Below, in pieces: positions 1 through 8,955 of a stretch of DNA of 55,851 nucleotides; the stretch's first letter is position 1, and every line of letters begins with the position of its first letter. The stretch is from assembly GCA_004376105.1 (NCBI GenBank), contig SOKA01000091.1, positions 1 to 55,851 of the forward strand, given 5' to 3'. Both the position numbers and the translations under genes were made by a program. Below the pieces are notes generated by a model. The model saw nothing but the letters and a program-made list of their open reading frames with translations. It did not search any database and was not told where the DNA came from. Origin of the DNA: Dehalococcoidia bacterium. GTDB lineage: Bacteria > Chloroflexota > Dehalococcoidia > Dehalococcoidales > E44-bin46.

Positions 1-1703
1 CTAATCAGCCTAAACTCATTAACATCCACCAGACCGAGGTCGGTGAGGCGGAGTTGGGGGATTACGGGCAGAGCCAGGAAGGAAAGGGTGGAGAAGGGGG
101 ATTTTAGGGTGGTGCCTAAATCCCTGGCTATCTGCTCTAGTTTCTCTAGCTTAGCTACCACTACCTCTAATGGTTCGTCTGATAGTAAGCCAGCCATAGG
201 TAGGGCTAGGCTGGCTAATACCCTACCCTCAGCAGTCACTACCAGACCACCGTTTAATCTCTCAATCTCTTTAACCGCAATAAATATGTCTTTATCATTA
301 GTCCCGACAGCAATAATATTATGAGAATCATGGGCAATTGAGGAGGCTAGAGCCCCTTTCTTCAAGCCAAATCCCATAACTAGCCCCAAGCCAATATTGC
401 CTGTAGCCTTGTGCCTCTCCACTACCACCAGCTTCAGAATATCCCGGCTGATATCAGGCACAATAATACCATCCAAAACCTTAACCCTCTCCACCCTTTT
501 CTTAGTAATTATCTGACCAGGGACAATCTCAATGACTGGCTCAGTCTCTCCTGAAGCTAAAAGTTTCAATGCCTCTATATTGAAGGGCTTAATATTCACC
601 GTATTGGCTAGTCCCCTGGCAGCAGCCTGATATAAGGGGAATAAAGGTTTCCCCTGTCTGGCTACCAAGCGACCTCGGTAAAAGACCATATCTATTGGCA
701 GGTTAGATAGTTCATCAATGACAATTAGATTAGCCTGATAGCCAGGGGCTATAGCTCCAAGCCTATTCAGCCTGAAATACTCGGCGGTATTAATAGTAGC
801 CATCTGAATTGCCCGCACCGGGTCAAGACCTTTCCTAATTGCCTTTCGCACTACAGCGTCAATATCACCATCCCTATGTAGGTCAAGGCAACTACGGTCA
901 TCAACCACAAACATGCACCTTTTATAGGTTTTATCGGTAACCAGGGGAAGCAAAGCATCTAGATTTTTCTCTGAAGAGCCTTCTCTAATCATGACATACA
1001 TACCCCGCCTTAATTTCTCTCTAGCCTCTTCCAGAGAGGTAGACTCATGGTCAGAGACAATGCCAGCGGCAATGTAGGCATTAAGGTTTTTCCGGCTAAC
1101 ACCTGGGGCATGACCATCGATAACTTTACCCCGGGCAAGGTTAATCTTACTCAGAACATTTTCATCACCACTGAGCACACCGGGGAAATTCATTACCTCC
1201 CCTAGCCCGATACAGCCCTTCCATCTAAGAAGCTGACGAATAGCCTCAGGCTTAAGGCTGGCTCCTGAGGTCTCTAGAGGGGTAGCTGGCACGCAGGAGG
1301 GAGCCATTAGAAAGAGGTCAAGGGGCAAACGGCGGGCGCAGCTCAGCACATATCTTATACCATCCAGCCCACAAACATTGGCTATTTCATGGAGGTCGGT
1401 TACCACAGCCAAAGTGCCTCGTGGCACCACTGCCCGAGCATATTGACCAACATCAAGCATAGAGCTTTCTAGGTGAGTATGCCCATTAATAAGACCAGGG
1501 GCAAGATATTTGCCCCCTAAATCCAGCACCTGCTTTGCTTGGTGGTAGTCCCCTATTCCAGCAATCCTATCTCCGCAAATAGCTACATTGCCCGGTTCAA
1601 CTTCACCAGAAAAGACATTCACTACCTTAGCCTTAGCCAGGATAAGGTCAGCGGGAAGTTCCCCTTTAGCTACTGAGATTAGGCGAGCCAGTTTGGGTAA
1701 CAC
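1..1703 (-). CDS. ade: Adenine deaminase. The C-terminus runs off the left window edge, so about 567 codons are present.
   Basis: This gene is absent from the ORF track. My minus-strand translation from GTG at 1703-1701 is open to nt 3. It reads VLPKLARLISVAKGELPADLIL..GLINGHTHLESSML..VIDGHAPGVS..VSDHESTS..ATINTAEYF, which are the amidohydrolase and adenine deaminase motifs. The GTG shares one nt with the hpt stop codon. Confidence 0.85.
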   Translation of the reverse strand, partial: MLPKLARLISVAKGELPADLILAKAKVVNVFSGEVEPGNVAICGDRIAGIGDYHQAKQVLDLGGKYLAPGLINGHTHLESSMLDVGQYARAVVPRGTLAVVTDLHEIANVCGLDGIRYVLSCARRLPLDLFLMAPSCVPATPLETSGASLKPEAIRQLLRWKGCIGLGEVMNFPGVLSGDENVLSKINLARGKVIDGHAPGVSRKNLNAYIAAGIVSDHESTSLEEAREKLRRGMYVMIREGSSEKNLDALLPLVTDKTYKRCMFVVDDRSCLDLHRDGDIDAVVRKAIRKGLDPVRAIQMATINTAEYFRLNRLGAIAPGYQANLIVIDELSNLPIDMVFYRGRLVARQGKPLFPLYQAAARGLANTVNIKPFNIEALKLLASGETEPVIEIVPGQIITKKRVERVKVLDGIIVPDISRDILKLVVVERHKATGNIGLGLVMGFGLKKGALASSIAHDSHNIIAVGTNDKDIFIAVKEIERLNGGLVVTAEGRVLASLALPMAGLLSDEPLEVVVAKLEKLEQIARDLGTTLKSPFSTLSFLALPVIPQLRLTDLGLVDVNEFRLI

Positions 1704-2236
1704 TAATCCTCGACCTCAACAAAACATATGTCAGGGAGGTAACGAAACTTCTCATCCCAATCTATGCCATAGCCAACTATGAACTTATTGGGAACAGTGA
1801 AACCCAGATAGTCAATAGTAACTGGAATCTGTCGCCGGGAAGGCTTATCAGTCAGGGCACAAAGCTTCAAAGAGGCGGGCTTCTTCTTCCGCAAGTAATC
1901 TAAAAGGAAAGAAATAGTGAGTCCGGTGTCCACTATGTCCTCAATTACCAATACATCCCTGCCTTTAATTGGAGCACGAAGCCCCTTCACTACCCTAATC
2001 TTCCCCGAACTCTCCTTACCCTTGCCATAGCTAGATAGTGTGATAAACTCCACTTCCAGCGGCAAGTCAAGAAGCCGAATCAGGTCAGCCATAAACACAA
2101 AGGAGCCTTTAAGAATACCTATCAAAAGGGGACACTTGCCTTGATAATCTTTTCCAATTTCAGCCGCCAGCTTCTTAACGGTAGCTTCCACCTCTTCCCT
2201 GGTAAAAAGAATATGGGGTTTAGATTGAGAATTCAT
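1703..2236 (-). CDS. hpt: Hypoxanthine phosphoribosyltransferase
   Basis: 177 aa with the PRPP-binding motif VLVIEDIVDTGLT and the typical Hpt ending GYGIDWDEKFRYLPDI. Confidence 0.9.
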   Translation of the reverse strand: MNSQSKPHILFTREEVEATVKKLAAEIGKDYQGKCPLLIGILKGSFVFMADLIRLLDLPLEVEFITLSSYGKGKESSGKIRVVKGLRAPIKGRDVLVIEDIVDTGLTISFLLDYLRKKKPASLKLCALTDKPSRRQIPVTIDYLGFTVPNKFIVGYGIDWDEKFRYLPDICFVEVED

Positions 2237-2277
2237 AGCTATCTGAGATTATAGTCTTTACCTCTAATCCTGTCCAA

Positions 2278-3078
2278 CTACTCTCGCTTGGTAATGCGTT
2301 CCTTAGGCATAACGATTATATGAGGAACACCGGTTATCTGATGTGGCTCCACTCTAACCGATGCCGAGAAAACCTCCTTTATTCGAGCCTCGGTTAAGAC
2401 CTGAGCCGGAGTCCCATCAGCTGAAACCCTACCCTCCTTAAGCAGGATTAAGCGCTCAAAGTAAAGTGATGCCAAGTTGAGGTCATGCATAGCCGCAATA
2501 ACAGTAAGCCCCTGTTCAACATTAAGTCTTCTTATCAGCTCCAAGATTTCTATTTGATGGGTGATATCCAAATGCACTATTGGCTCATCAAGAAGTAGCA
2601 GTTTGGGCTGCTGAGCCAACGCCATGGCCAGGATAACTTTCTGTCGCTCTCCTCCACTTAGTTCATCAAAACGTCGTTCCTTCAGCTCACTGATACCTAC
2701 TAACTCTAAGGCATTAACCACAAATTGCCTATCAACCTTGCTTTCCCCAGCAAGGGCTTTAAGGAAGGGAATTCGCCCCAGCGTTACTACCTCATTGACG
2801 GTAAAGGCAAAGGGGATGTGGAATTGCTGTGGCACTACAGCCACACTACGGGCTATAGACTTTCGGCTCAACTGGCTTAAACTAGAGCCATCCAGCCTAA
2901 TCTCTCCCTCCTTAGGTTTAAGGATACCACTGGCCAGTTTAATCAGGGTGGTCTTGCCCGAGCCATTAGGGCCGAGTAAGCCCACCATCTCGCCAGCCTT
3001 AATAAAAAGATCAATGTTATGTAAAACCAAGCCGTTAAGATATGAAAAGTAGACCTGCCGAACTTGTAAGCTGACCAT
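2278..3078 (-). CDS. ABC transporter ATP-binding protein, iron-siderophore/cobalamin (FecE/BtuD) type
   Basis: Walker A GPNGSGKTT, signature LSGGERQ and Walker B LLLLDEP. It overlaps the upstream FecCD permease gene by 1 nt. Confidence 0.85.
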   Translation of the reverse strand: MVSLQVRQVYFSYLNGLVLHNIDLFIKAGEMVGLLGPNGSGKTTLIKLASGILKPKEGEIRLDGSSLSQLSRKSIARSVAVVPQQFHIPFAFTVNEVVTLGRIPFLKALAGESKVDRQFVVNALELVGISELKERRFDELSGGERQKVILAMALAQQPKLLLLDEPIVHLDITHQIEILELIRRLNVEQGLTVIAAMHDLNLASLYFERLILLKEGRVSADGTPAQVLTEARIKEVFSASVRVEPHQITGVPHIIVMPKERITKRE

Positions 3079-4157
3079 TAGAAAGCATACTCCCTTCTAG
3101 TACGTCTTAGCAGATAGATAAAAAATGGAGCGCCAATAATAGCAGTAATAACCCCCACTGGAATTTCCACCGGAGCTAGTAGGATGCGGGCTAGAAGGTC
3201 AGCAATAATCAAAAAGGCAGCGCCGACTAATGCTGAAGCTGGTAACAGGAGCCGATGGTCTGGTCCTAAACTCAGGCGCACAGCATGAGGCACCACTAGT
3301 CCCACAAAACCAACCAGCCCACTAATAGAAACCGCCGTTGCCGTGAGCAAAGAGCCTAAAGCCAGGATGCGAATTTTGTCCCTCTCCACCTCAATGCCTA
3401 GATAGGCAGCCCCCTCTTCCCCTAGGGAAAAGGCATTCAAATGGGAAGCGAAAAATCGGGCTCCGATGATACCCCCAATGACCAGCGGGGCGATAACCGC
3501 AAGCTGTCCCCAGCTAGTTACTGAGATATGACCCATAAGAAAGGAGTAAATTGAGTGAAGGTTTAGGTTTAGCCTGTCGCTTATTGACATCATAAACATC
3601 ATAACTGCTGCTAGAAGAGCACTTACCACAAATCCGGCTAGGAGCATACTTATGATAGGTGTCTTACCACCTACCCGGGCTAGATTATAGACTAAAATCA
3701 CTGTAGCCAGGGCACCACCAAAAGCAGCCATTGGCACCAAGCCAAAACCAAGAAAAACTAGATTTATGGGCAGCATCATAGCTATGGTAGCCCCTAAAGC
3801 GGCGCCGGCTGATGTGCCAATGATATATGGGTCAGCCATAGGATTACGCAATAAACCCTGAAAGAGTACCCCGGCTGTAGCCAGAGCTGCACCAACCAAA
3901 GCCCCACCTATTACTCGGGGTAGTCTAATCTGAAAAATAATTGTTTCATCCACCGCCCTCCAAGTAGAGGGAAAATCAAAAGCAGTTATCTTATTAAGAG
4001 ACATCTTTAATATATCAGGTAAAGGGATGTTCACCACACCAAAGGCATTAGCCAAAAATGATGAAGCAATCACCCCCCCACCTAATAGAAGTAAAATCAA
4101 AACTAGCCGATTACTGCGTCTTAGTTTAATAAACATTCTTCTAAACCTACTTAGCAA
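3078..4157 (-). CDS. FecCD/BtuC-family ABC permease
   Basis: 359 aa, polytopic and hydrophobic, with FecCD-like segments (RLPRVIGGALVGAALA, GIIGAPFFIYLL). It lies directly downstream of a cobalamin riboswitch. Confidence 0.85.
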   Translation of the reverse strand: MLSRFRRMFIKLRRSNRLVLILLLLGGGVIASSFLANAFGVVNIPLPDILKMSLNKITAFDFPSTWRAVDETIIFQIRLPRVIGGALVGAALATAGVLFQGLLRNPMADPYIIGTSAGAALGATIAMMLPINLVFLGFGLVPMAAFGGALATVILVYNLARVGGKTPIISMLLAGFVVSALLAAVMMFMMSISDRLNLNLHSIYSFLMGHISVTSWGQLAVIAPLVIGGIIGARFFASHLNAFSLGEEGAAYLGIEVERDKIRILALGSLLTATAVSISGLVGFVGLVVPHAVRLSLGPDHRLLLPASALVGAAFLIIADLLARILLAPVEIPVGVITAIIGAPFFIYLLRRTRREYAF

Positions 4158-4188
4158 TCAAAGTGGTGCCCCCAATAACCAACCAAAC

Positions 4189-4226
4189 GTAAAAAATCCC
4201 CTCGTTTGCAGAACAAGGGGATTTCT
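4189..4226 (-). terminator. Intrinsic terminator hairpin, likely the riboswitch expression platform
   Basis: On the minus strand the sequence reads AAATCCCCTTG-ttctgcaaa-CGAGGGGATTT followed by TTTTT. It sits between the aptamer and the permease start at 4157. Confidence 0.6.
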
Positions 4227-4392
4227 CAATCTGTAACTTGCTTCCCCCCATCTCCGCGGAGGTAATAAAGAATAGGGGCTGGCGTTCTGACTTCTGAGGG
4301 GTATAGCCCTCAGTTACAGCAGGCGGAACTGTGCCGGATTTCCACCGGTCTTGCCTTCCACTTAAGCCCTCACTTGCGCTCAGGCACCCCTG
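4227..4392 (-). promoter_or_regulatory. Cobalamin (B12) riboswitch aptamer
   Basis: The minus strand reads GGTGCCTGAGCGCAAGTGAGGGCTTAAGTGGAAGGCAAGACCGGTGGAAATCCGGCACAGTTCCGCCTGCTGTAAC...GAAGTCAGAACGCCAGCCCC. This contains the GGTG-AAATCC-GG..CCGCC..CTGTAA core and a B12-box-like AGTCAGAACGCCAGCC. Confidence 0.75.
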
Positions 4393-4416
4393 TAATTCCT
4401 TATTTAATTTGTTAAT

Positions 4417-4445
4417 AGAATATCAAAAAGGCGAACAGGAGTCAA
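4417..4445 (-). promoter_or_regulatory. Putative sigma70-type promoter for the riboswitch/ABC operon
   Basis: Minus strand TTGACT (4445-4440), 17-nt spacer, TATTCT (4422-4417), about 20 nt upstream of the aptamer. Confidence 0.45.
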
Positions 4446-4508
4446 CTTAACCTTTCAATTTGCTGTCATTATTCCGGCTATGCTAAACTGGATAAGCAAA
4501 GGCACTGT

Positions 4509-5288
4509 ATGAGAATACTGATAACTAATGATGATGGAATATTTGCCCCAGGGCTGTGGACACTGGTCAAGGAGCTAAAGAACATCGCCCAGGTAGTAGT
4601 CGTAGCTCCGGATAGAGAACAGAGCGCCACAGGCACTGCTGTAACCCTGCGCCAACCACTGAGGGTGCAAAGAGTAAGACCTCTAGTGGCTGAAATAGAA
4701 ACCTACTCGGTAGAAGGCACTCCGGCTGATAGTGTTATCTTGGCTTTAGGTAAACTGGTTAAAAGCAAAGTAGACTTGGTCGTTTCAGGCATAAACCAGG
4801 GACCAAATCTGGGCGATGATGTGCTTATCTCAGGAACAGTAGGGGCTGCTTTGCAAGGCTACCTGCGTGGTTTCCCAGCCTTTGCCATCTCAGTAGCCGC
4901 AGTGGATAGTGTCTACCTGGATAATGCGGCTAGATTAGCTGTATTGTTAGCTAAAAAGATTGACTCTAATTCCCTGCCGACTAATATTTTGCTCAATGTA
5001 AACCTGCCTAATTTATCCTTGGTAAAAATTAAGGGGGCAAAGATTACTCGATTAGCCAGCGGAAGTTATACTAACACAGTCGAGGAAAGATTTGATGGGA
5101 AACGGGAATACTATTGGGTGGTGCGTCAAAAGATAGATACAGATACGGACGAGAAAACAGATATATGGGCAATAGAGCAAGGAAATATCTCCATCACTCC
5201 CTTACATACTAACCTTCTCAATAAGTCTTCACCCTCCATCCCGGATAGCCTATGTTCTGACCTTCTTCAGGAGTTGCAAAAAACCTAG
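4509..5288 (+). CDS. surE: 5'/3'-nucleotidase SurE
   Basis: N-terminus MRILITNDDGIFAPGL and GINQGPNLGDDVLISGTVGAA are SurE hallmarks. Confidence 0.9.
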   Translation: MRILITNDDGIFAPGLWTLVKELKNIAQVVVVAPDREQSATGTAVTLRQPLRVQRVRPLVAEIETYSVEGTPADSVILALGKLVKSKVDLVVSGINQGPNLGDDVLISGTVGAALQGYLRGFPAFAISVAAVDSVYLDNAARLAVLLAKKIDSNSLPTNILLNVNLPNLSLVKIKGAKITRLASGSYTNTVEERFDGKREYYWVVRQKIDTDTDEKTDIWAIEQGNISITPLHTNLLNKSSPSIPDSLCSDLLQELQKT

Positions 5289-5324
5289 ACACTAGCAAGA
5301 TACTGAACAAAGAAGGAAAAGGCA

Positions 5325-5358
5325 AAAAGAAAAGGCGGGGAATATTCCCCGCCTTTCA
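5325..5358. terminator. Bidirectional terminator hairpin between the convergent surE and SDR genes
   Basis: GGCGGGGA-atat-TCCCCGCC is flanked by an A-run on the left and a T-run on the right. On the minus strand it is followed by TTTTCTTTTTG. Confidence 0.65.
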
Positions 5359-5417
5359 GTTAGTATTTCTTTTTTATGAGTTTACCTTGGAGGCTGTATA
5401 GCTATTAGCTTTCAGAA

Positions 5418-6200
5418 CTAACTTTTTGCCTTGACTTTTATGACTTGTTTGTTATCAACTTCCAAACCTCCGTCAACAATCAAGGTATGGCCGGTTACAT
5501 GGGAGGATTCATCAGAAGCTAAAAACAAGGCGGCATAGGCAACTTCCTCCGGTCTGCCCATCCGACCCTGAGGTATTACCGCCGCAAAACCCTCCTGCTC
5601 TTCTTTAGACGCCCTCATTGCCATCGGCGTAGCAATAATCCCAGGGTTGAGACCGTTAACCCGAATGTTCTTTTTAGCCAGTTCCATAGCCGTCACTCTG
5701 GTTAAGGCGAGTACTCCCCCTTTAGAGGCACAATAGGCACATAGATTGCGCGTGCCTCTCTCTGCACATTGGGAAGCAGTATTTACGATTGACCCTCCCC
5801 CTCTCTTGAGCATCTCGGGGATAGCATACTTCATTCCAAGGAAGACACCCTTGAGATTAACGGCCATGATTCTATCCCAATTCTCCTCGGAGCAATTTTC
5901 GGTGAAGGTTACCTCACCAAGAATAGCCGCGTTATTATAGAGAACATCCAATTTCCCATAGGTATCTATGGCTGTCTTGACTATATTTTTAACATCCTCT
6001 GTTTTGGAGACGTCAGCCTTAATAAATATAGCCTCACCACCAGCCTCCTTAATCGTCTTGACCGTCTCCTCTCCAGCCTCAGCAACCCAGTCAACAACAA
6101 CCACTTTTGCCCCTTCTTTAGCGAAGAGGATGGCTGCTGCCTGCCCCATTCCCATGCCAGCCCCGGTTATAATGGCTACCTTACCGTCCAGTCTACCCAT
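5418..6200 (-). CDS. Short-chain dehydrogenase/reductase (SDR) family oxidoreductase
   Basis: TGAGMGMG dinucleotide-binding motif, NNAA, and the catalytic YCASK (YxxxK). Confidence 0.85.
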   Translation of the reverse strand: MGRLDGKVAIITGAGMGMGQAAAILFAKEGAKVVVVDWVAEAGEETVKTIKEAGGEAIFIKADVSKTEDVKNIVKTAIDTYGKLDVLYNNAAILGEVTFTENCSEENWDRIMAVNLKGVFLGMKYAIPEMLKRGGGSIVNTASQCAERGTRNLCAYCASKGGVLALTRVTAMELAKKNIRVNGLNPGIIATPMAMRASKEEQEGFAAVIPQGRMGRPEEVAYAALFLASDESSHVTGHTLIVDGGLEVDNKQVIKVKAKS

Positions 6201-6383
6201 TTTGTTACCTCCTTGTATTTACTATTATTCGCCATTACCTCGTATCCATATTTAAGTCACGGTATTTTTTGACACAATTAGGCTACCAAGAGCTGGCCTA
6301 TTTACATCCATCTCAGCCAACTCTCAGTAGCCCTTTCTTCTGGACTATTCTAATAGTCTCTCAAATATATAGCCCTGTGGGCA

Positions 6384-7685
6384 TCAGTAGCCCATATACT
6401 GCATCCTCAGCGCCAAGCTAGGCTGCGGGAATCCGTAAGGCTCCGCCGGATCCATAGGTATCCATACATCATACTTGCCTCTTGGCCATCCGGGAGCAGG
6501 TGGTATCCCACCAATTTGAACGGTATCAATGTTATCTACACTAACATTAATAAAGGGGCACGAATAAAACTTATCTACCGGCTGTCCAAAGATGACATTG
6601 GTAATAGCTACCTGCAAGCAGATGTCGGTCGGCTCCACTCCGCCATGGGTGGAGAAGATATCAGCAGTGCCGTCTATTACCGCATCCCACATGGCACTCT
6701 CAGCATCGTTAGATACAATTATGATGTGGTCAGGGTCCCCCACTGGCTTGAGCATGCCTACCCCCTCAAGCCCTGGGACCATCCCAGCTCCACCACAACC
6801 GTGATGGAAGAAAGCCTTGATTTCAGGATGGGCAATTGCCATTTCGGCGATGATGGACGCCGTTTTCTCCTCACCCCAGTCAGTGTCCGCAGATTCTATC
6901 ACTGTAATCCAGGCTTCCCGGTCGACCGCAAGGTGAAATCCCTTATTACGCAGCTGGGAGGTTAACATTTCACGCATACCCCACAGTTCACCAACGACCA
7001 CCGGGTTATCTGGACCGTAACCCATTCTCATGAATTCGTCTATCAACCACTCTCCGAGTAAATCTGTTCCGCCCGGTCCCTCGAACTTGTGGGCGACAAA
7101 TGAACTAATAGCGTCGCTCTCGATACCACAGTCAAGAGTGAACACGGGGATACCCTGCGCTACAGCAGCTTCAGCCGGCGGGGCCAGCAGCTCGGCACTA
7201 GCTGAGTGAATCATGAACCAGTCTGGATTGAAGGTTGCCGTCATGTCCTCAACCCAGGCTATCTGGGCCTCAATGTCAAAACGACCACCAAACGTCGTCC
7301 AGTTTTCTCCTTTTGGTCCTAAACCAAACCGTGGCAGGTAGTCTTCCAACATATTTGTTGCCTCAGCCATGGGCTCGACCTCTAGGGTAGCGACGCCGTA
7401 GGCAATCCTAAATGGTGTGCCATCAGGCTTGACCAGCAAATCCTTGAACGGATTCCACAAGAGGTGTCCCCAGACCTGCCCTCTAGCCACCATTTCGGCT
7501 AGCTCGGGTATGTCGGCGGCGGTAAGTTCTACTTCCGGTGGTGTCACTGGCGGCGTCACTGGCGGCGTCACTGGTGGTGTTACTGGCGGTGGTGTTACTT
7601 CTGGCGCCGCTGGCATACATCCGGCAAACAGTATACTAACTAACACTGCTGCCGTTACTAACGGGATAATGAACTTTTTCATCAC
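6384..7685 (-). CDS. ABC transporter substrate-binding lipoprotein, periplasmic-binding-protein type 1 (sugar-like)
   Basis: Signal peptide plus lipobox (LFAGC) and a (PPVT)n linker. It is adjacent to RbsC-type permeases. The family call is from overall PBP1-like sequence only. Confidence 0.65.
   Translation of the reverse strand: MMKKFIIPLVTAAVLVSILFAGCMPAAPEVTPPPVTPPVTPPVTPPVTPPEVELTAADIPELAEMVARGQVWGHLLWNPFKDLLVKPDGTPFRIAYGVATLEVEPMAEATNMLEDYLPRFGLGPKGENWTTFGGRFDIEAQIAWVEDMTATFNPDWFMIHSASAELLAPPAEAAVAQGIPVFTLDCGIESDAISSFVAHKFEGPGGTDLLGEWLIDEFMRMGYGPDNPVVVGELWGMREMLTSQLRNKGFHLAVDREAWITVIESADTDWGEEKTASIIAEMAIAHPEIKAFFHHGCGGAGMVPGLEGVGMLKPVGDPDHIIIVSNDAESAMWDAVIDGTADIFSTHGGVEPTDICLQVAITNVIFGQPVDKFYSCPFINVSVDNIDTVQIGGIPPAPGWPRGKYDVWIPMDPAEPYGFPQPSLALRMQYMGY
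7537..7599 (-). repeat. Coding tandem repeat with a 12-nt unit, about 5 copies
   Basis: Plus strand ggtggtgtcact/ggcggcgtcact/ggcggcgtcact/ggtggtgttact/... encodes the PPVTPPVTPPVTPPVTPP linker of the lipoprotein. Confidence 0.9.
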
Positions 7686-7786
7686 CTTTTTCTCCTTTGT
7701 TTAAGATTTTTAGCTGCATTAGTCATCACATCATTTTTCACATAGGCTCCCCTCCTTTCTCTCAGCTTATCTTGGTAGTCAATAGC

Positions 7787-7814
7787 ATTATAGTATCAAA
7801 ATATAATTTGTCAA
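7787..7814 (-). promoter_or_regulatory. Near-consensus promoter, proximal copy, upstream of the binding-protein gene
   Basis: Minus strand TTGACA (7814-7809), 16-nt spacer, TATAAT (7792-7787). It is part of a 29-nt duplicated unit. Confidence 0.55.
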
Positions 7815-7829
7815 GTATTCTATACTAAA

Positions 7830-7857
7830 ATTATAGTATTAAAATATAATTTGTCAA
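7830..7857 (-). promoter_or_regulatory. Near-consensus promoter, distal copy
   Basis: Minus strand TTGACA (7857-7852), 16-nt spacer, TATAAT (7835-7830). It matches the proximal copy at 28 of 29 nt. Confidence 0.55.
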
Positions 7858-7880
7858 GCCCCCTAAGAATAATGCCAGCT

Positions 7881-8924
7881 TCAGCGGCCTCCTCTACGCC
7901 AGTAGTCAATAGCCACAGCCGTAATCATTAGCACTCCCAATACCGTACTCTCGATAAAGGGGTCAGCACCTAATATGCTCATGCCGTTCATAATAACAGC
8001 AATTATTAGAGCGCCCAATACCACCCCAACCACGGTTCCTCTACCGCCAAATAGACTGACGCCACCAATTACAGCCGCAGCTATGCTCTGTAGCTCAAGA
8101 AACCCGAAGCTGGCAAATGAAACCGACATAACACGGGATGTCCGTATTAAACCGCCAAGTGTAGCTAGCATTGCCGAGATAATATAGACCGAAAGTCGTG
8201 TGTTTCTCACGTTTATGCCGGAAAGCCAAGCCATTACTGGATTGCCGCCAGTGGCATAAACCGCCCTAGCATAATTAGTGTGGTGCAGAACAAAATAGGC
8301 AACAACACCTACCAGTATCCAAATAATACCTGCCACTGGAAACCCGGCGGGTCTGCCGGGGATAAACGCCTGCGCAACCCAGCCCTGCCCGAAGAAAGGC
8401 AGAGGGTCCACCATTCTTCTAAGGGTTAACCCCCCAGTTATGAGGAATCCGACTCCGTGGGCTATTTGCCACATACCCAGGGTGGCTATGAACGGTGGTA
8501 CCCCGACACGTGAGACAAATATGCCACTGATTAGCCCAAGACCAGCTCCGAGTGCCAGCATAGCTGGTATTCCTACCCATATAGGAGCCGGGTAGCCGAG
8601 AATATTTTGCCACAACTGGGTAGTCATCATTGCCGACCCCAGAGCTGAAGTCCCAAAAGCCATGCCAGCAACGGATAAATCAATGCCAGCGGTTAAGATA
8701 ACAAACATCTGACCTATGGCTGCCACCCCCATAGTCGAGCCTGTTACCAGAACCATCTTCATATTAGATATGCGGATTGATTTCAGCCCAGTGGCCACTG
8801 CCATCCCGCCCATTATTGCTGCCAGCACGATGCCGAGGGTAGCGTTTTCATGTCCGATGACACGTCTGGCAATGTCCTTCGCCCTGTCAATAAAAGACTT
8901 CAGTCTTTCTACAACTTCAGCCAT
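7881..8924 (-). CDS. ABC sugar-type permease (RbsC/AraH-like, BPD_transp_2)
   Basis: 347 aa polytopic protein with the LTAGIDLSVAGM motif typical of monosaccharide ABC permeases. Confidence 0.85.
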   Translation of the reverse strand: MAEVVERLKSFIDRAKDIARRVIGHENATLGIVLAAIMGGMAVATGLKSIRISNMKMVLVTGSTMGVAAIGQMFVILTAGIDLSVAGMAFGTSALGSAMMTTQLWQNILGYPAPIWVGIPAMLALGAGLGLISGIFVSRVGVPPFIATLGMWQIAHGVGFLITGGLTLRRMVDPLPFFGQGWVAQAFIPGRPAGFPVAGIIWILVGVVAYFVLHHTNYARAVYATGGNPVMAWLSGINVRNTRLSVYIISAMLATLGGLIRTSRVMSVSFASFGFLELQSIAAAVIGGVSLFGGRGTVVGVVLGALIIAVIMNGMSILGADPFIESTVLGVLMITAVAIDYWRRGGR

Positions 8925-8955
8925 AATTTACATCCTTACGGTAAGAATACCGACT

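Noticed and set aside
2624-3052. 142-aa plus-strand ORF, representative of many antisense ORFs in the track (e.g. 5968-6255, 6516-6965, 8716-9084, 14912-15349, 15882-16310, 18626-19165, 21308-21748, 23782-24141, 27079-27477, 42412-42747, 50157-50684, 50721-51098, 54438-54740).
   Set aside because: Each lies entirely inside a well-supported gene on the opposite strand, has low-complexity Ser/Pro/Ala/Leu-rich translations, and has no RBS. These are shadow ORFs.
7537-7858. Repeats considered as a possible CRISPR array or mobile-element ends
   Set aside because: The 12-nt repeats are in-frame coding sequence for PPVT. The 29-nt units occur only twice, have no spacer-like architecture, and read as promoters. 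No cas or transposase genes are nearby.
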